A DNA stretch of 48,799 bases from Neocallimastix sp. 'constans' (taxonomy: Eukaryota), in NCBI GenBank assembly GCA_050613775.1, contig JBODTK010000010.1, positions 1,550,001-1,598,799 on the forward strand, read 5' to 3'. This document shows, piece by piece, positions 1-13,931 of this stretch. The stretch's first letter is position 1; every line of letters begins with the position of its first letter. Below the pieces are notes generated by a model. That model ran no database searches. It had not been told where the DNA came from and was given only the letters and a program-made list of their open reading frames with translations. Made by a program: the position numbers and the translations under genes.

Positions 1-694
1 AAAATAATGATTATTTTATTTATTTTATAACTCAACTTTTATAAACAAATTGTAATTAAAATAACATTTTAAAACTCATCTTTATTAATATTTTAATTGT
101 AAATATTGTTTAATTTAATAATAAATTATTCTTTATTTCTCTTTTATTAATTTTATTATTTTTAATGTAAATAGTTTAAAATCAAAGAAAAATATAAAAA
201 CATGTAAACATTTCTTATAAATTATTCTTTATTATTAATTATTTAATAAATTATTATAGATATTTTATTAGTTTTTAATAATCAATTTTTTATGATTATT
301 AATTAGTTAATAAATTATTATAAATATTTTATTAGTTATTAATAATCAATTTTATTATTAAAATTTAAAATAAATTAGTATAAATAATAAATATTTCATT
401 TTATTATTTTATTAGTTTTAACAATTATTTTATTAATTTAAACAAAATTAATTATTAAATAAATAAAGATTAATATTAAAATAAAAATAAATTTTTTTTA
501 ATAAAACATTTTTGTGTTTAATAATAAAACATATTTATTTTTTTTTAAATTTCTTAAATCAATTTTATTCAGTATTTATCCTTTTATTCACTTCTACAAA
601 ATTTAATTTTTGTAGATTAAGAATATTAGGTATAAATCATTTTTTGTTACGATACAAATAATAAATGAAAAATAAATAAAAAATTAAATAAACT

Positions 695-1341
695 TGTTAA
701 GATAATAACTGAATTTCAATTCAATTTCAAATTCAATAATTCAGTTATTTGAATTTCAATATTAAAAAATAATAATATAATAATTATTATTAAATTAACT
801 TTATTAAAATATTTAGGAATTAGTCTAATTACTAAATATTATTAACATATTGAAATTAATATAATATTAAATAATGTAAACACGTGATCGTCATTAAATT
901 AATTTCTACATATTATATTTTAATTATAAAATATAATATTTAGCAAATATTATATTCTTATATTTTATTTATATTAAATATTTATATTATTATCTTACTT
1001 TATATTATCAATATCAAACTTATATTAATATTATTTACATATTCATATTAATAATTAATATTTTAATAATTAATTATTTTATATAAATACATGTTTAAAT
1101 CTTTTGATTAATCCTTTGTAGGATTATTGTAATTTAAATTATAGTAATAATTATATAAAATAATAATGTAATAAAATATTATTAAGATTAAATAAAAATT
1201 TTATTTTAAATAAAAACTTAATTAAAAAATTTACTAATAACAATATGTTTAAAATAAGAGTAAATTTAAATTACTAATTAATTACTATAATTTGGCATCT
1301 TGACCTAATCGTTAAGACCAAATTATCTAAAAACTTTAACA
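695..1341 (+). mobile_element. Solo LTR (647 bp) with 5-bp TSD
   Basis: Starts TGTTAAG and ends CTTTAACA (TG..CA with short terminal inverted repeat). Flanked by AAACT at 690-694 and 1342-1346. A close inverted copy lies at 2175-2813. The functional strand is a guess. Confidence 0.85.
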
Positions 1342-2174
1342 AAACTATTAAGATTAATTAATAAATAAATAAGAATAAAATACTAAAGTATTAAAATATA
1401 TAATAAAGAAATTAAATAATGTATAAATAATTAAATTATTTAAAATAATGTATTAAATGTATTTATTTAATATTGTAATAGTAAACAATTAGATATTTTA
1501 TTATAAATAATTAAAATTATATTTATTATTATTTTATATTTTTATTATAAAATTTTTATTATACTTTATTATATTTTTATTATTATCTTATATTAAATAT
1601 TATATTGAAATTATATTTTATTATATTTTATTATTATAAAATTATTATATTTTTGTTATTATATTTTTATTATATTTTATATTTTTATTTTTATTTTTAC
1701 TCCAATCAAATAAATGTTTTAAAGAAATAAAAAGAACAAAGTAAAACAATACTTTAGTTCTTCCTCTTCTTTCAACTTTATTTTTATATTTTTCTTTTAA
1801 TTTTTCGAGAATGAAATAGTAAATATTTAGTATTAGTATAAATAAATAATTAAATAAAATTAAATTGTTCTCTAGTTAAATCGATTAGTTTTGTTTTTGT
1901 GTTTTATTATAGTTAAGGATAAAGATAATTTTGGTTAGTTTAAATATTTAAATTTGTTAGGTAATTTAATTTTAATTAAGAGATAAATTTTATTAAAATA
2001 TTTATTTAAGTTATTTATATTAGAATAATTAAAATAATATTTATTTTGTTAGTGAAAAAATTAGATTTTTAATTATTAGAATATATTATTTTTTTTTAAT
2101 AATCTTCAATTCTGTACCATTTTTGATACGGAACAATCTAATATTGCTTATATTATTAAATTTATTATTTTATA

Positions 2175-2813
2175 TGTTAAAGTATTGTAATAATTTGGTC
2201 TTAACGATTAGATCAAGATGCCAAATTATAGTAATTAATTAATAATTTAATTTTACTCTTATTTAAAACATATTATTATTAGTGAATTTTATAAATAAGT
2301 TTTTTATTTAAAATATAAGTTTTATTCAATATTAATAATATTTTATTACATTATTATTTTATATAATTATTACTATAATTTAAATTACAATAATCCTACA
2401 AAGGATTAATCAAAAGATTTAAACATGTATTTATATAAAATAATTAATTATCAAAATATTAATTATTAATATGAATATGTAATAGTATTAATATAAGTTT
2501 GATATTGATAATATAAAGTAAGATAATAATATAAATATTTAATATAAATAAAATATAAGAATATAATATTTGCTAAATATTATATTTTATAATTAAAATA
2601 TAATATGTAGAAATTAATTTAATATGACAATCACGTGTTTACATTATTTAATATATATTAATGTCAATATATAAATAATATTTAGTCAATTAGTTGGCCT
2701 AGACTATTTCCTAAATATTTTAATAATAATTATTATATTATTAATTATTAATATTGAAATTTAAATAACTGAATTATTGAAATTGAAATTGAAATTCAGT
2801 TATTATCTTAACA
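2175..2813 (-). mobile_element. LTR, inverted second copy of the 695-1341 family
   Basis: Reverse complement aligns end to end with 695-1341 (shared TGTTAAGATAATAACTGAATTTCAAT, AAACACGTGAT, CCTTTGTAGGATT, TTTGGCATCTTGA). Flanks TTATA/CTGCA do not form a TSD. Confidence 0.8.
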
Positions 2814-3349
2814 CTGCAACTTAATAACTATATAAAAATTATTATTAAATTGATAAAAATAAAATAAGAAATTTATACTTATCTAAATATTGAAGAGTTT
2901 ATTATAACTAATTATAATAAACAAATACCAAAAGCTACACGGATTTGTTACGAGGAAAAAATTTTATTTATTTTATTTTTATTTTAAAATTTATTTTATT
3001 ATTGAACTATCTTTATTAAATAAGAAATATAAATATTTAATATTGTTATTATTATATTATAATTGTTATATTATTATCGTTATAATAATAACTCTTGATT
3101 TCTCAAAGAGAACTCAAGAGCCTTATTTATACTTTTTTGAAAAATAAGGTTAAATTAAAAAAAGTGTTTTCTAATCTTAATAAATCTCTTATATATTTGA
3201 GATAATTAATTATAATATTTATATAAGAGAGTAAAAATAATAATTAATGTAATAATTAATAATTAAACCAAATTATTAAAATATATTTATTATTTTTATT
3301 ATAAATCTATATAGCATACTACTATATAGACATATTGACTTAGTAATTA

Positions 3350-3750
3350 CTATAAAACATATTATTATATTTAAATTTAAAAAATAAATTATATTAAAAT
3401 CTTATCATTAGAAATAATGTATAAATATTTTCGGTTATAATAATTAAAATAATTTATATATATAGTTATTCAAATAATTATTTTTAAAAGTATGATTAAT
3501 TCTTTTATCATAATTAAAATAGATAAATTATGTTATTAATGATTCTATTATTATGATATTAAATTAATTCATCATCATTATTAATAAGTTTTATTTTATA
3601 TTTTAAATATTATTTTGAGAATTATATAGTTTTAGGAATTTTATTATAAATATTGATAATTATATTTTATTTAGAAAATATATTTTAAATATTAATAGTT
3701 ATATATTTTTTGATAATAAAATTGTATTTTTAAAAAGTTATTAGGAAATT
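3350..3750. repeat. Dispersed AT-rich repeat, inverted copy at ~9320-9710 (probably TE-derived)
   Basis: For example TTAGAAATAATGTATAAATATT...ATATATAGTTATTCAAATAATTATTTTTAAAAG at ~3408-3490 is the reverse complement of ~9578-9660. Boundaries are approximate. Confidence 0.65.
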
Positions 3751-4139
3751 AATAGTTTTTCTTAATGGCTTCTTCCTGCCTTCTTTTGAACATTATTTCA
3801 AATACTTTTAATCTTTTGGAATAATCAGACTTTTTAAGAATTTTTGCAATTTTATTAATTTTAGTTTCAAAAACCTCAAAGTGTTTTTTTTTTTTTCTAA
3901 CCTTGGGTTGTCCCTAGCTTTTGGACATCTTCCAAAGAGTAGGTAGCGAATTTCTTTTGGAATTAGGCTAATATTTCATTAAAATGGAGAGTGATCCTGC
4001 CTGAGCTTACCCCCTGGCAGGAAATCTTTAAAAGGAAGATTTAGCACTTCAGTAGTTTTCATACTTATCATTAAGGATATTTCATCCTAAATCACTTTAT
4101 TTTTATTTTATTTTATTAAGTTATTTTATAATTAAATAT

Positions 4140-4800
4140 ATTAAAAACTAATTAAAAGTTTCTTTAGAAATCCTTAGTATTATAAAGAATTTCATAGAAT
4201 CTTTTAGAAATTATCTATTTAATTTATTACCAATAACTATTATAATAATTTATCTAAAATATTATAATCATTTAAAATAATATAAATTATTATCAATTAC
4301 TAATCCTGTATAATTCAATTATTTATTTTTGTTTAAAAAATTTAGTAATATATAATCAAGTTAAAGATTATATCTATATATAAATGATTAAATTATTATT
4401 TAAGTTCCATTTAAATAAATTAATTATTTATTATATGTTTGAAATTCTTTAAATTCTTTAAAGTACAATATCTCATGATTTAGTAGTCCAATTGAGTTGA
4501 AATTAATATATATTTTAGATCTCTATTTTAGCTTTCTAATAAATATATTTTTGTTTTTAATTTCAGTGATAAATTTCTATTATTTACTGATTTATCTTTA
4601 TTTTTCTTCAAATTATTTTTATCGATTTCTTAAGGGTTAAATTAAATTAACTGTAATAAATTAAACCAAACCCCTTTGCTTCTAATTATTTATTATTCCT
4701 AGTATTTATTTTATAATAAGAATGGAATTTAAAATAAAATTGTTAATGGCAAAATTAAATTTCATTTGATCTATTAGTGAATTTCAATTATAGATCAACT
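4140..4800. repeat. Dispersed repeat, diverged direct copy at ~11700-12520 (probable TE internal region)
   Basis: Blocks AAAACTAATTAAAAGT, GTCCAAWTGAGTTGAAA, TTCTTAAGGGTTAAAT, CCAAACCC, TTGATCTATTWGTGAATTTCAAT occur in the same order in both copies. Confidence 0.7.
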
Positions 4801-4919
4801 AATATGTATGACAAAATTTTATTTAACATGAAATATAGATATCATATCTATTTTTTTACACATTAATTGATACGTAACTTCACAAAAAAGTCACTTTAGG
4901 GTCGGAACAAACAAGTTTT

Positions 4920-5160
4920 CTTTAAATAATTTTATTTTTATTTTATTTTATTAAAGTTATTTTATTATTAAATTGTTCTATTAATAATTATATAGTCATT
5001 TTATCAAAAAATTCTTATCAATATTATTTTACTATTATATTTTATATAGTTATAATACATGTATGAATATACTTTGATTATATGTATTATTTAATTATAC
5101 TGTTAATTATTATTTTTGGATTAGTATAAAAAGGAATTGAAAATCCATTTAATATGACCT
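4920..5160. repeat. Dispersed repeat, inverted copy at ~11490-11690
   Basis: GATTAGTATAAAAAGGAATTGAAA (~5119-5142) is the reverse complement of TTTCAATTCCTTTTTATACTAATC (~11497-11520). Similarity extends about 200 bp. Confidence 0.65.
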
Positions 5161-5369
5161 AAAATAATTATATTAATTGTAAGATAACCTAATATTAATT
5201 CATTAATTGTAACAATAATATTTCTTAATATTAATCTTAATAAAATTTATAATTAAAAATTTAATAAAAAGGATTTAATAAATTTAAAGATTGATATTTT
5301 TGTATTTTAATACAAATAGTTGTGTTTTATTATAATATCTTATTTTACTTATATTAATATAATTATAAT

Positions 5370-6820
5370 CTGGAGATTCAAACATTCGTTCAAATTGGCA
5401 ATAAAAGATATATGGTTAACTGATACCTATCCAATGATATACTAATAGTATTTTCTTTATCGATAGATATTGTGCTTCACACTGCTCCTCTTCGAAAGGA
5501 AAAAAGTTTCTTTTTCACTCTGATATAATAGCCCCAAATCAAGAAGAATATGTTTGTCAAGAAAACATAGATTATATAATTCCAGAAATAATTTCTGATT
5601 AAGAATTATACGACCCCAACTTATGTGCTTCTATAATATAAACAAATATTAAGGAGAATTACCCAAAGAAGAAATCATTGGAAAATACTATTCGAAATAC
5701 AAAATAGTATTTGAGAAGAAGGAATCAGAAAAACTACCACCCCAGAGGGACTATGATATTGCCATTGAACTCATTCCAGGTGGTCAATTATATTTCGGAC
5801 CAATATATTCTTTGACAGTAGACGAAACCAAGGCTCTCAAGGAATATATCCAAGAGAACCTGAAGAAAAATTTTATTAGAAAGTCAAAATCACCGTAAAG
5901 ATATGATCAATATCTTTAGTACATTAATTAATTTATTTTATACATTAAATTATTTAATTTAATTCACGTTTACAAAGTAATGCTAATACATTAAATTATG
6001 TAAAATATATTAATTTATGAAATGAATTGATTTATACAAATTAATAATAAATTTATATTCTTACGATCAATAAATTAATTTCTAAAAAACTTAAAATTTA
6101 ATAATAAAACATTTTAATAATTTTAGCTTAGTTTAATTTTAGTTTAGTTTAATAATAATAAAAAAAAATTAAATAGAAAATATAATTAATAGTAGTAATA
6201 ATAAAATAATAATAAATAAATAATAAATTAGTACTTTTTCAGTTTGAGTTAAAACAAATTGAATTAAAAAGTTTATTGAATTAGTTTTAGTTATTATATA
6301 ACTTTATTTAATTTTAGATTAGTTTTTTTTATTTTATATTGAATATATGTTTAAATAAATAGAAATAGTATATTATAATATATATTATAATATAATTAAG
6401 AAAAAATATAAAATCATGAAAAATTATTTTAATTTTAAAAAAAATGTAGTTATTAACTATTTTACAGTTAATAACTAATAAAGGAACTTTTTAATAAAGT
6501 GATATTAATAAAAAGGAAGTTTTTTAATAAAACAAATTTAATTGTGTATTCTTATTAATAGTGTTTTCGTGTAATCGTAATCTATTCCATACGAACATTT
6601 TTACAATCACCAGCCGGAGCCCTTGTACTATTTGTTAGGAAACATGATGGATCCTTAAGGCTTTGCGTCGACTATAGGCGCTTAAATGCTATTACTTTTC
6701 ATAATAATTATCCAATCCCCAGGTTGAATGATTTAGTTGAGTCATTCAAAGGTGCAAGAATCTTCACTCGTCTGCCTACAATCTTGTTAGAGTAAGGAAG
6801 GGCCATGAATACTTAACCGA
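5370..6820 (+). mobile_element. Decayed Ty3/Gypsy (Tf2/chromovirus-like) pol fragment: RT N-terminus interrupted by a solo LTR
   Basis: Translates ...VFEKKESEKLPPQRDYDIAIELIPGGQLYFGPIYSLTVDETKALKEYIQENLKKNFIRKSKS[insert][70 protein letters not shown]. These are canonical Gypsy RT motifs, with a small deletion and truncation. Confidence 0.93.
5894..6605 (+). mobile_element. Solo LTR (712 bp) nested in the Gypsy RT
   Basis: Exact TSD ATCAC at 5889-5893 and 6606-6610. Ends are CGTAAAGAT...ATTTTTACA (5' TG mutated to CG). Removing the insert restores the RT frame (KSKSPAGA). Confidence 0.92.
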
Positions 6821-6881
6821 TTGGAACCTTATACAAAAAGAAATAAAGACTTAATAGAACCGAATAATTTAGAGGGAGCAA

Positions 6882-8272
6882 TATAAGAAACCATAATTAT
6901 TTGTTAAATAATTATAATTTCTTATTCGATTATTTATCTATATAATTTATATATTTATTCATTAAATTAATATTTATTTATCAAGTTAATATGTATTTTT
7001 ACACTTAATTATAGTTTTAATTAAATTAAAATTTTTCTTTAATTTATTTAGTATGAATTTATTTTATTTAATTTATTTCATTAATTATAAATTTTATTAA
7101 TTTCAATGGTATTGATTTGATTATTTAATTATTAATCTTTAATTAAAATATGAATTGATTTAATCGAACTTTAAAGTTTATTATATTTTTATTTAAAATA
7201 TGAAATTAAAGATTTAACAAAATCTTTAATAATTAATTATATAATAATTAATTAATGTAATAAAATTATATAAATTTATGATTTACGTATATAAAAATTA
7301 ATTATAAATTTATGTAAATTTTTCAAAAAGGAAAAATTATTATGTAAATAATTTTGGATAATAAATTTAATCTTAATAATTTATTTAAGTTAGTTAATTT
7401 AGTTTATTTAATTTAGTTATTTTATTTAATTTAGTTATTTTATTTAATTTAGTTATTTTATTTAATTTAGTTATTTTATTTAATTTAGTTATTTTATTTA
7501 ATTTAGTTATTTTATTTAATTTAGTTATTTTATTTAATTTAGTTATTTTATTTAATTTAGTTATTTTATTTAATTTAGTTATTTTATTTAATTTAGTTAT
7601 TTTATTTAATTTAGTTATTTTATTTAATTTAGTTATTTTATTTAATTTAGTTATTTTATTTAATTTAGTTATTTTATTTAATTTAGTTATTTTATTTAAT
7701 TTAGTTATTTTATTTAATTTAGTTATTTTATTTAATTTAGTTAATTTAGTTTAGATAGTTTAAAATACTTTAAAATTAATTTCGAAATAGGTTTAAATAG
7801 TTAAAATTAGTTTAAATAGTTTATGAAAATAGTTTTTAATTGTAAATATATAAACATTAGTATTAATAATATATAATTAATAAATAAATAATAAATGAGT
7901 TCTTATTGAATTTAATTATTATTGTAAATAAGTTGAAAGTTTATTGAATTAATTATTGTTTAGTTTTAGATAGTTGTTATTTAATAAAATTATTAATAAA
8001 TATTTTGCTTATAAATAAATAATAATATATGTATATTAAATAGGTTTGATATATTAAAATGTAATCATTAAAAAATATAAATACATGTAAATTTTATCAT
8101 TTAAATCGATGTATTAGTTATTGACTATTATATAGTTAATAACAAAGAAGATTTAAATATTAAAAATTAATAACGACTAATTTTAAAAGAAGAAATTTTT
8201 TGTGTTTTATTTTAAAAAATATTTTTGTGTTTATTTAGTTATTTGTAATCTGTTTTATTACGAACCTTTACA
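6882..8272 (+). mobile_element. LTR (probable 3' LTR) preceded by a polypurine tract
   Basis: AGAGGGAGCAA (6871-6881) is followed by TATAAG (likely mutated TGTAAG); the element ends GAACCTTTACA. About 1 kb is highly similar to the inverted copy at 12891-13931. Confidence 0.75.
7403..7742 (+). repeat. 18-bp minisatellite (TTTATTTAATTTAGTTAT), ~19 copies, inside the LTR
   Basis: Perfect period-18 tandem repeat read directly from the sequence. Confidence 0.95.
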
Positions 8273-11200
8273 ATGATTTAATTTAATCGGTTTTTTCTAA
8301 TTTATTACAATAATAAATTAGTTTTCCCTTAAAAACTAATTTAGTTTTTTCTTCTAATCTTTTTCTAGATAAGACAATTGTTAAGATTAGAAAACCCTTT
8401 ATTATTTTATAAAAATTTTTATTGTTTTAATTTTTCGTATAAATAGCTATTGATTTCTCTAAATTTTTGAGAAATCAAGAGTTATAATTATATAACAAAT
8501 ATTTTATAAATATATAATACATAAAATCTACAACATTTTTCAATAAGTGTTCTTCTTATTTTGTGTTGTTTATTATATTTTTTTATAATAAACCATTCTT
8601 TGACAGATAAGTTAAAAATTTCTTTATTATTTCTATTGTTTTTCTTATTTTCTCAACTTGATATTAATATCAAGTTGCAGTTAATAATTTTGTTATAATA
8701 AGTATTATAATGAAATTATTACAGTTAAATTTATTTCTTAGTTTGATAGTTTAATAATTAAATAATTTATATGACTATATAAACCAAATATGTATCCAAT
8801 CATAAAAAATATTATCATGTATATATAAACCATGTAATTGAATCTTTAACGCATTAGCATTACTATTAAAGTATTTTGTTATATCAAATATCATAATATT
8901 AAATAAATAAAAATTAATTTTTTAAAAATAAATAAATAAATTTAGTGTAAACCCAGTCAACTATTTGTGACATTGTAGTTTATAATTTAATTATAACTAA
9001 TTTTACAATTAAATTGTTACAGTTGCAATACAGAACATTTAGAATATTCCATATAGAGTTATTTATTTATTTGACCATTTCTCTAAGGAAATATGACACA
9101 ATAATATATTCTAATAAATTATAAGAAAATAATTTATAATGTTTTACAATAATATTTTATTCTTAAACTATTTTTATTAAATTACTGTTTAATATAAAAA
9201 TATTTAATATAATTACATTCGTATAATTTTATAATATTGTTAAAATAATTATTTTATATCATATTTTTTCAAACATTACAATATTTTTTACTAGACATAT
9301 CTCTTAACTTATTAATTTTCCTAATAAATTTACTTAAAAATACAATTTTATAATTAAATAATATATAACTATTAATGTTTGAAATATATTTTCTAAATAA
9401 AATAAAATTATCAATATTTATAATATAATTTCTAAAATTATTTAATTCTCAAAATAATATTTAAAATCTAAAATAAAATCTAATAATAATAATGATAAAT
9501 TAATTTGTTATTATAATAATAGAATCTTTAATATTATTCTTTATATATTTTTAATTATGATAAAAGAATTAACCAAACTTTTAAAAATAATTATTTGAAT
9601 AACTATATATATAAATTATTTTAATTATTATGACCAATAATATTTATACATTATTTCTAACCCGTTCAGATTTTAATATAATTAATGTTTTAAATTTAAA
9701 TAATATGTTTTATTAAAAAAAAAATTTACATATTATTAATTTTATAATTCTTAGAAATCCAGAGTCTATTTTATAATGAATATTTATAAAATTAAAATTT
9801 TCAATAATATTAAAAAGTATAATGTAAGATTAAGTTTCTCAATTATGTAACTGCTAAACAATTTAATTAAGTAAGATTAATTTCTTTAATTTTATATTAT
9901 AAACTCTATCATATGTTATTTTGATTAAATTTTTCGAATTATATAATGATAATTAAGGTCTTCTTTTTACTATTCATGATGTTAATGGCTATACAAATAA
10001 CATTTTGGAGCTATATTTTTTGACCTAAAAAAATTTTAATTTTATACAATCCTTAAATTTATATGGTTTTCAAAGGACTATTAATTTTTCAAATAATACT
10101 AAAAGAAAAAATCAAATTAAGCTATAATCAAAACTAAAAATGGAAATTGAAAAATTTTCCATTGTAAATTCGTTAAATTAAAATTTTACTCTCTTAAAGA
10201 AATAAAAAGAAAATTCTAATATAAAGAATAAAAGTACAAGAAAAATGATAATAGTAACTATATCTATAATAATAATATTAAAAATTATAATAATAATTAT
10301 TACTAATATTAATTTATATTTTAATAATGATAATATAAAAAAATAATATTTTTAATATTGGAAATAATCGAAATAACAATTGTTATGGTAATAATTTCAT
10401 AAATATTAATGGAAATAAATATTTTTATAACACAAAAGTTAATAATTGTTCAAAAATAATATATTATCAATTTTAATGTAATAATATAGATTTTCCATAT
10501 ATCCTTGAAATAACAGCTCAAAATAATTAAAATAAATAAAATATAAATTAATCCAATATGAAATAACTATATAAAATATCAATTCAATATTATTATTTAT
10601 ATTTAACAAGTATACTAAAAAATTATTAATAAATCTACTAATTTTAGAGTTAATAGTCAATGTAATAATACTATTCAATGTAGTTTAATATTTCTGAAAC
10701 AAGTCAAATTAATAATTATTTTACATATAAAATTATATTAATTATTGGAATATATTTTACTATTAATAATTAAAATATAATTTTAAAAATACAAGAGTAT
10801 TGAAAAATATTTTTACAATTTAAATCTAAAATAATATTAAATAATCAATATATATATATATATTGATTTTAAAAATATTTTATTAGTAATATATAATAAT
10901 TATTATTATTTAATGTTTTTTTATAAAGACAATTATTAAGGGTTAGAATATATAATATTTAAGATCATTGTATTTTTTCATTTTCTGTACTAACAATAAA
11001 CAAAGTTCCAACAATATTTCAATTGATAACAATTTCCTTAATATTCATCAAATTCTTCATTAAGAATTTGATGAATATAGAGAATTATTTTTTAGTGATA
11101 CAACTGAAAGTGAGAATGAAATAATTAATGCAATAGAAAGAAAAATAAACGATACTAATGAAGAAAAAGAAGAGCACTTTTGGTGTTTTATAAAGTTATT

Positions 11201-12890
11201 TTAAACAATAAAGCTTTTGAAAAATGCTGAATATTTTAAATCGAATTATTGTATACAAAAAGTAATAATCCTGTTATTTTCTTTATGTAAAAGTTTTTCG
11301 GGTTTTGAGTTATGTTAGTCAGGTCAAGATGTTATTAATTATAACGATTTAAATTAAATTTTTTTATTATGCTCAATGTTATATAATTTAAGAACTTTAA
11401 TAAGTTAATATTAATACGAAGAGCTATTATTATAATTAATCAAGTTAATTAGTTTAGGTTAGTTAATAATCTTACATAGATTTTAAGTGAATGAAATTTC
11501 AATTCCTTTTTATACTAATCTAAAAGTAATAATTAACAATATGATTAAATAGTACACTTAATATATTTATACATGTATATTATCTATATAAAATATAATA
11601 ATAAATTAATATTGATAAGAATCTTTTAATAAAATAACTGTATAATTATTAATAAAATTTAAAATTTAATAATAAATAAAATAAAAATAATATGATTAGA
11701 TACTAAAACTAATTAAAAGTCTCTTTGGAAACCTTTAGAATCTTTTAGAAATTATTTAATTAGCCAATTACTAATAAATATTATAATAATTTATCTAAAT
11801 TATTAAAATCATTTTATTAACAATCAGTTAATTTTGTTTTATAACTATGTGTCAACTTTATTTATATTTTTTATGATAAAGAGTTACTAATATTCAAATT
11901 TAATAAATTCATATCTTTATATTATTACATTGTGGCTTATACATTATTTATGTTACAATACATTTCATCACATTTAACGTATGTTTCACATATTCTAACA
12001 CATTTAAAATAAAGATTATTATTAATTTTTAATTCTGTATAATTTAAAAAATTTTATTTATGATTACTCATATAAAGATCCAATTTAAGGATTTTATCTA
12101 TAAAAAATATTAATTTATTATTTACGGCCCATTTAAATAATTAAATTATTTTTTATATATTTAAAATTCATTAAAGTCCAATATCTTGCAATTAAGTGGT
12201 CCAAATGAGTTGAAAATCTTATATGTTATAGATCTCTAGTAAGTTTTCTAATGAATATAGTTTTATCGGGAAATCCCGATGTGATATTTCTATTATTTGT
12301 AGAATTATCGTTATTTTTCTTCGATTTATTTTAAATTAATTTCTTAAGGGTTAAATAAAGTTAACTTCATTAAATTAGCCCAAACCCTTTTATTTCTAAA
12401 TATTAAATATTCCTAGTATCAATTTTTTATAATAGTAATCGAATTTTAAACTGAAACTGTCAATAATGTAATTCAATTTCAATTGATCTATTTGTGAATT
12501 TCAATATTATATCCACTAATTCGAGAAAAATTAAGAAAATATAGTTATATTGTTAAAAATAATTATAGATTCTTACATAACATAATGTGTAATAGTTACA
12601 TGGTAAGATGATTACTATCGAATGATATACTCATGGTTACCAAATGTATCTTAGAATAGTTAGCAATTTTTTAGTATTTACATAAAATCATTGTTTAGTA
12701 TTACACAATATTTGTACGTTAATATTAATATGTTTTAGTTTTAATTTCTATATTTACTTAAATTTATTTTTAGTTAGATAGTTTTATAAATAATTGATTA
12801 GTAAAGTTATTAATTCAATATGTATCCATTCATAAAAAATTATTTGCATGCATAAATAATTCATGTAATTGAATTTGTAGCGCACTAGCG

Positions 12891-13931
12891 TGTAATGATT
12901 TCTAATAGAAACAGATTACAAATTACAAAATACTACACTTAGATCAAAAAATAACACGTAATATAAAAATTCTCTTTTATAATAAATAATCTTTATTAAT
13001 TAAAAAATATCTATTATTATTATTAACTTGTCAATAACTAATACATCGATTTAAATAATGAATTTTACATGTATTTATATATTTTCATGATTATCTTTTA
13101 ATATATCAAACCTATTTAATATACATATATTACTATTTATTTATAAACAAAATATTTATTAATAATTTTATTAAATAATAATTAACTAAAACTAAACAAT
13201 AATTAATTAAAAACTTTCAACTTATTTACAATAATAATTAAATTCAATAAGAACTCATTTATTATCTATTTATTATTTAAATATTATTAATACTAATGTT
13301 AATATATTTACAATTAAAAACTATTTTTGTAAACTATTTAAACTAATTTAAACAATTTAAAACTATTCCGAAATTAATTTTAAGGTATTTTAAACTAACT
13401 AAATTAAATTAACTAAGTTAAATAAAATAACTAAATTAAATAAACTAAATTAACTAACTTAAATAAATCATATAGATTAAATTTATTATCCAAAATTATT
13501 TACATAATAATTTTTCCTTTTTGAAAAATTTACATTAATTTTTATATATGTAAATCATAAATATATATAATTTTATTACATTAATTAATTATTATATAAT
13601 TAATTATTAAAGATTTTGTTAAATCTTTAATTTCATATTTTAATAAAAATATAATAAACTTTAAAGTTCGATTAAATCAATTCATATTTTAATTAAAGAT
13701 TAATAATTAAATAATCAAATCAATACTATTGAAATTAATAAAATTTATAATTAATGAAATAAATTAAATAAAATAAATTCATACTAAATAAATTAAAGAA
13801 AAAAATTAATTTAATTAAAACTAAAATTAAGTGTAAAAATACATATTAACTTGATAAATAAATATTAATTTAATGAATAAATATATAAATTATATAGATA
13901 AATAATCGAATAAGAAATTATAATTATTTAA
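12891..13931 (-). mobile_element. LTR, inverted copy of the 6882-8272 family, slightly 5'-truncated
   Basis: Reverse complement matches 6904-8272, e.g. TAATTTCTTATTCGATTATTTATC, TTTAATCGAACTTTAAAG, AAATCGATGTATTAG. Ends ...ATCATTACA at 12891, where it cuts another repeat (12820-12890, similar to ~8790-8860). Confidence 0.8.
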
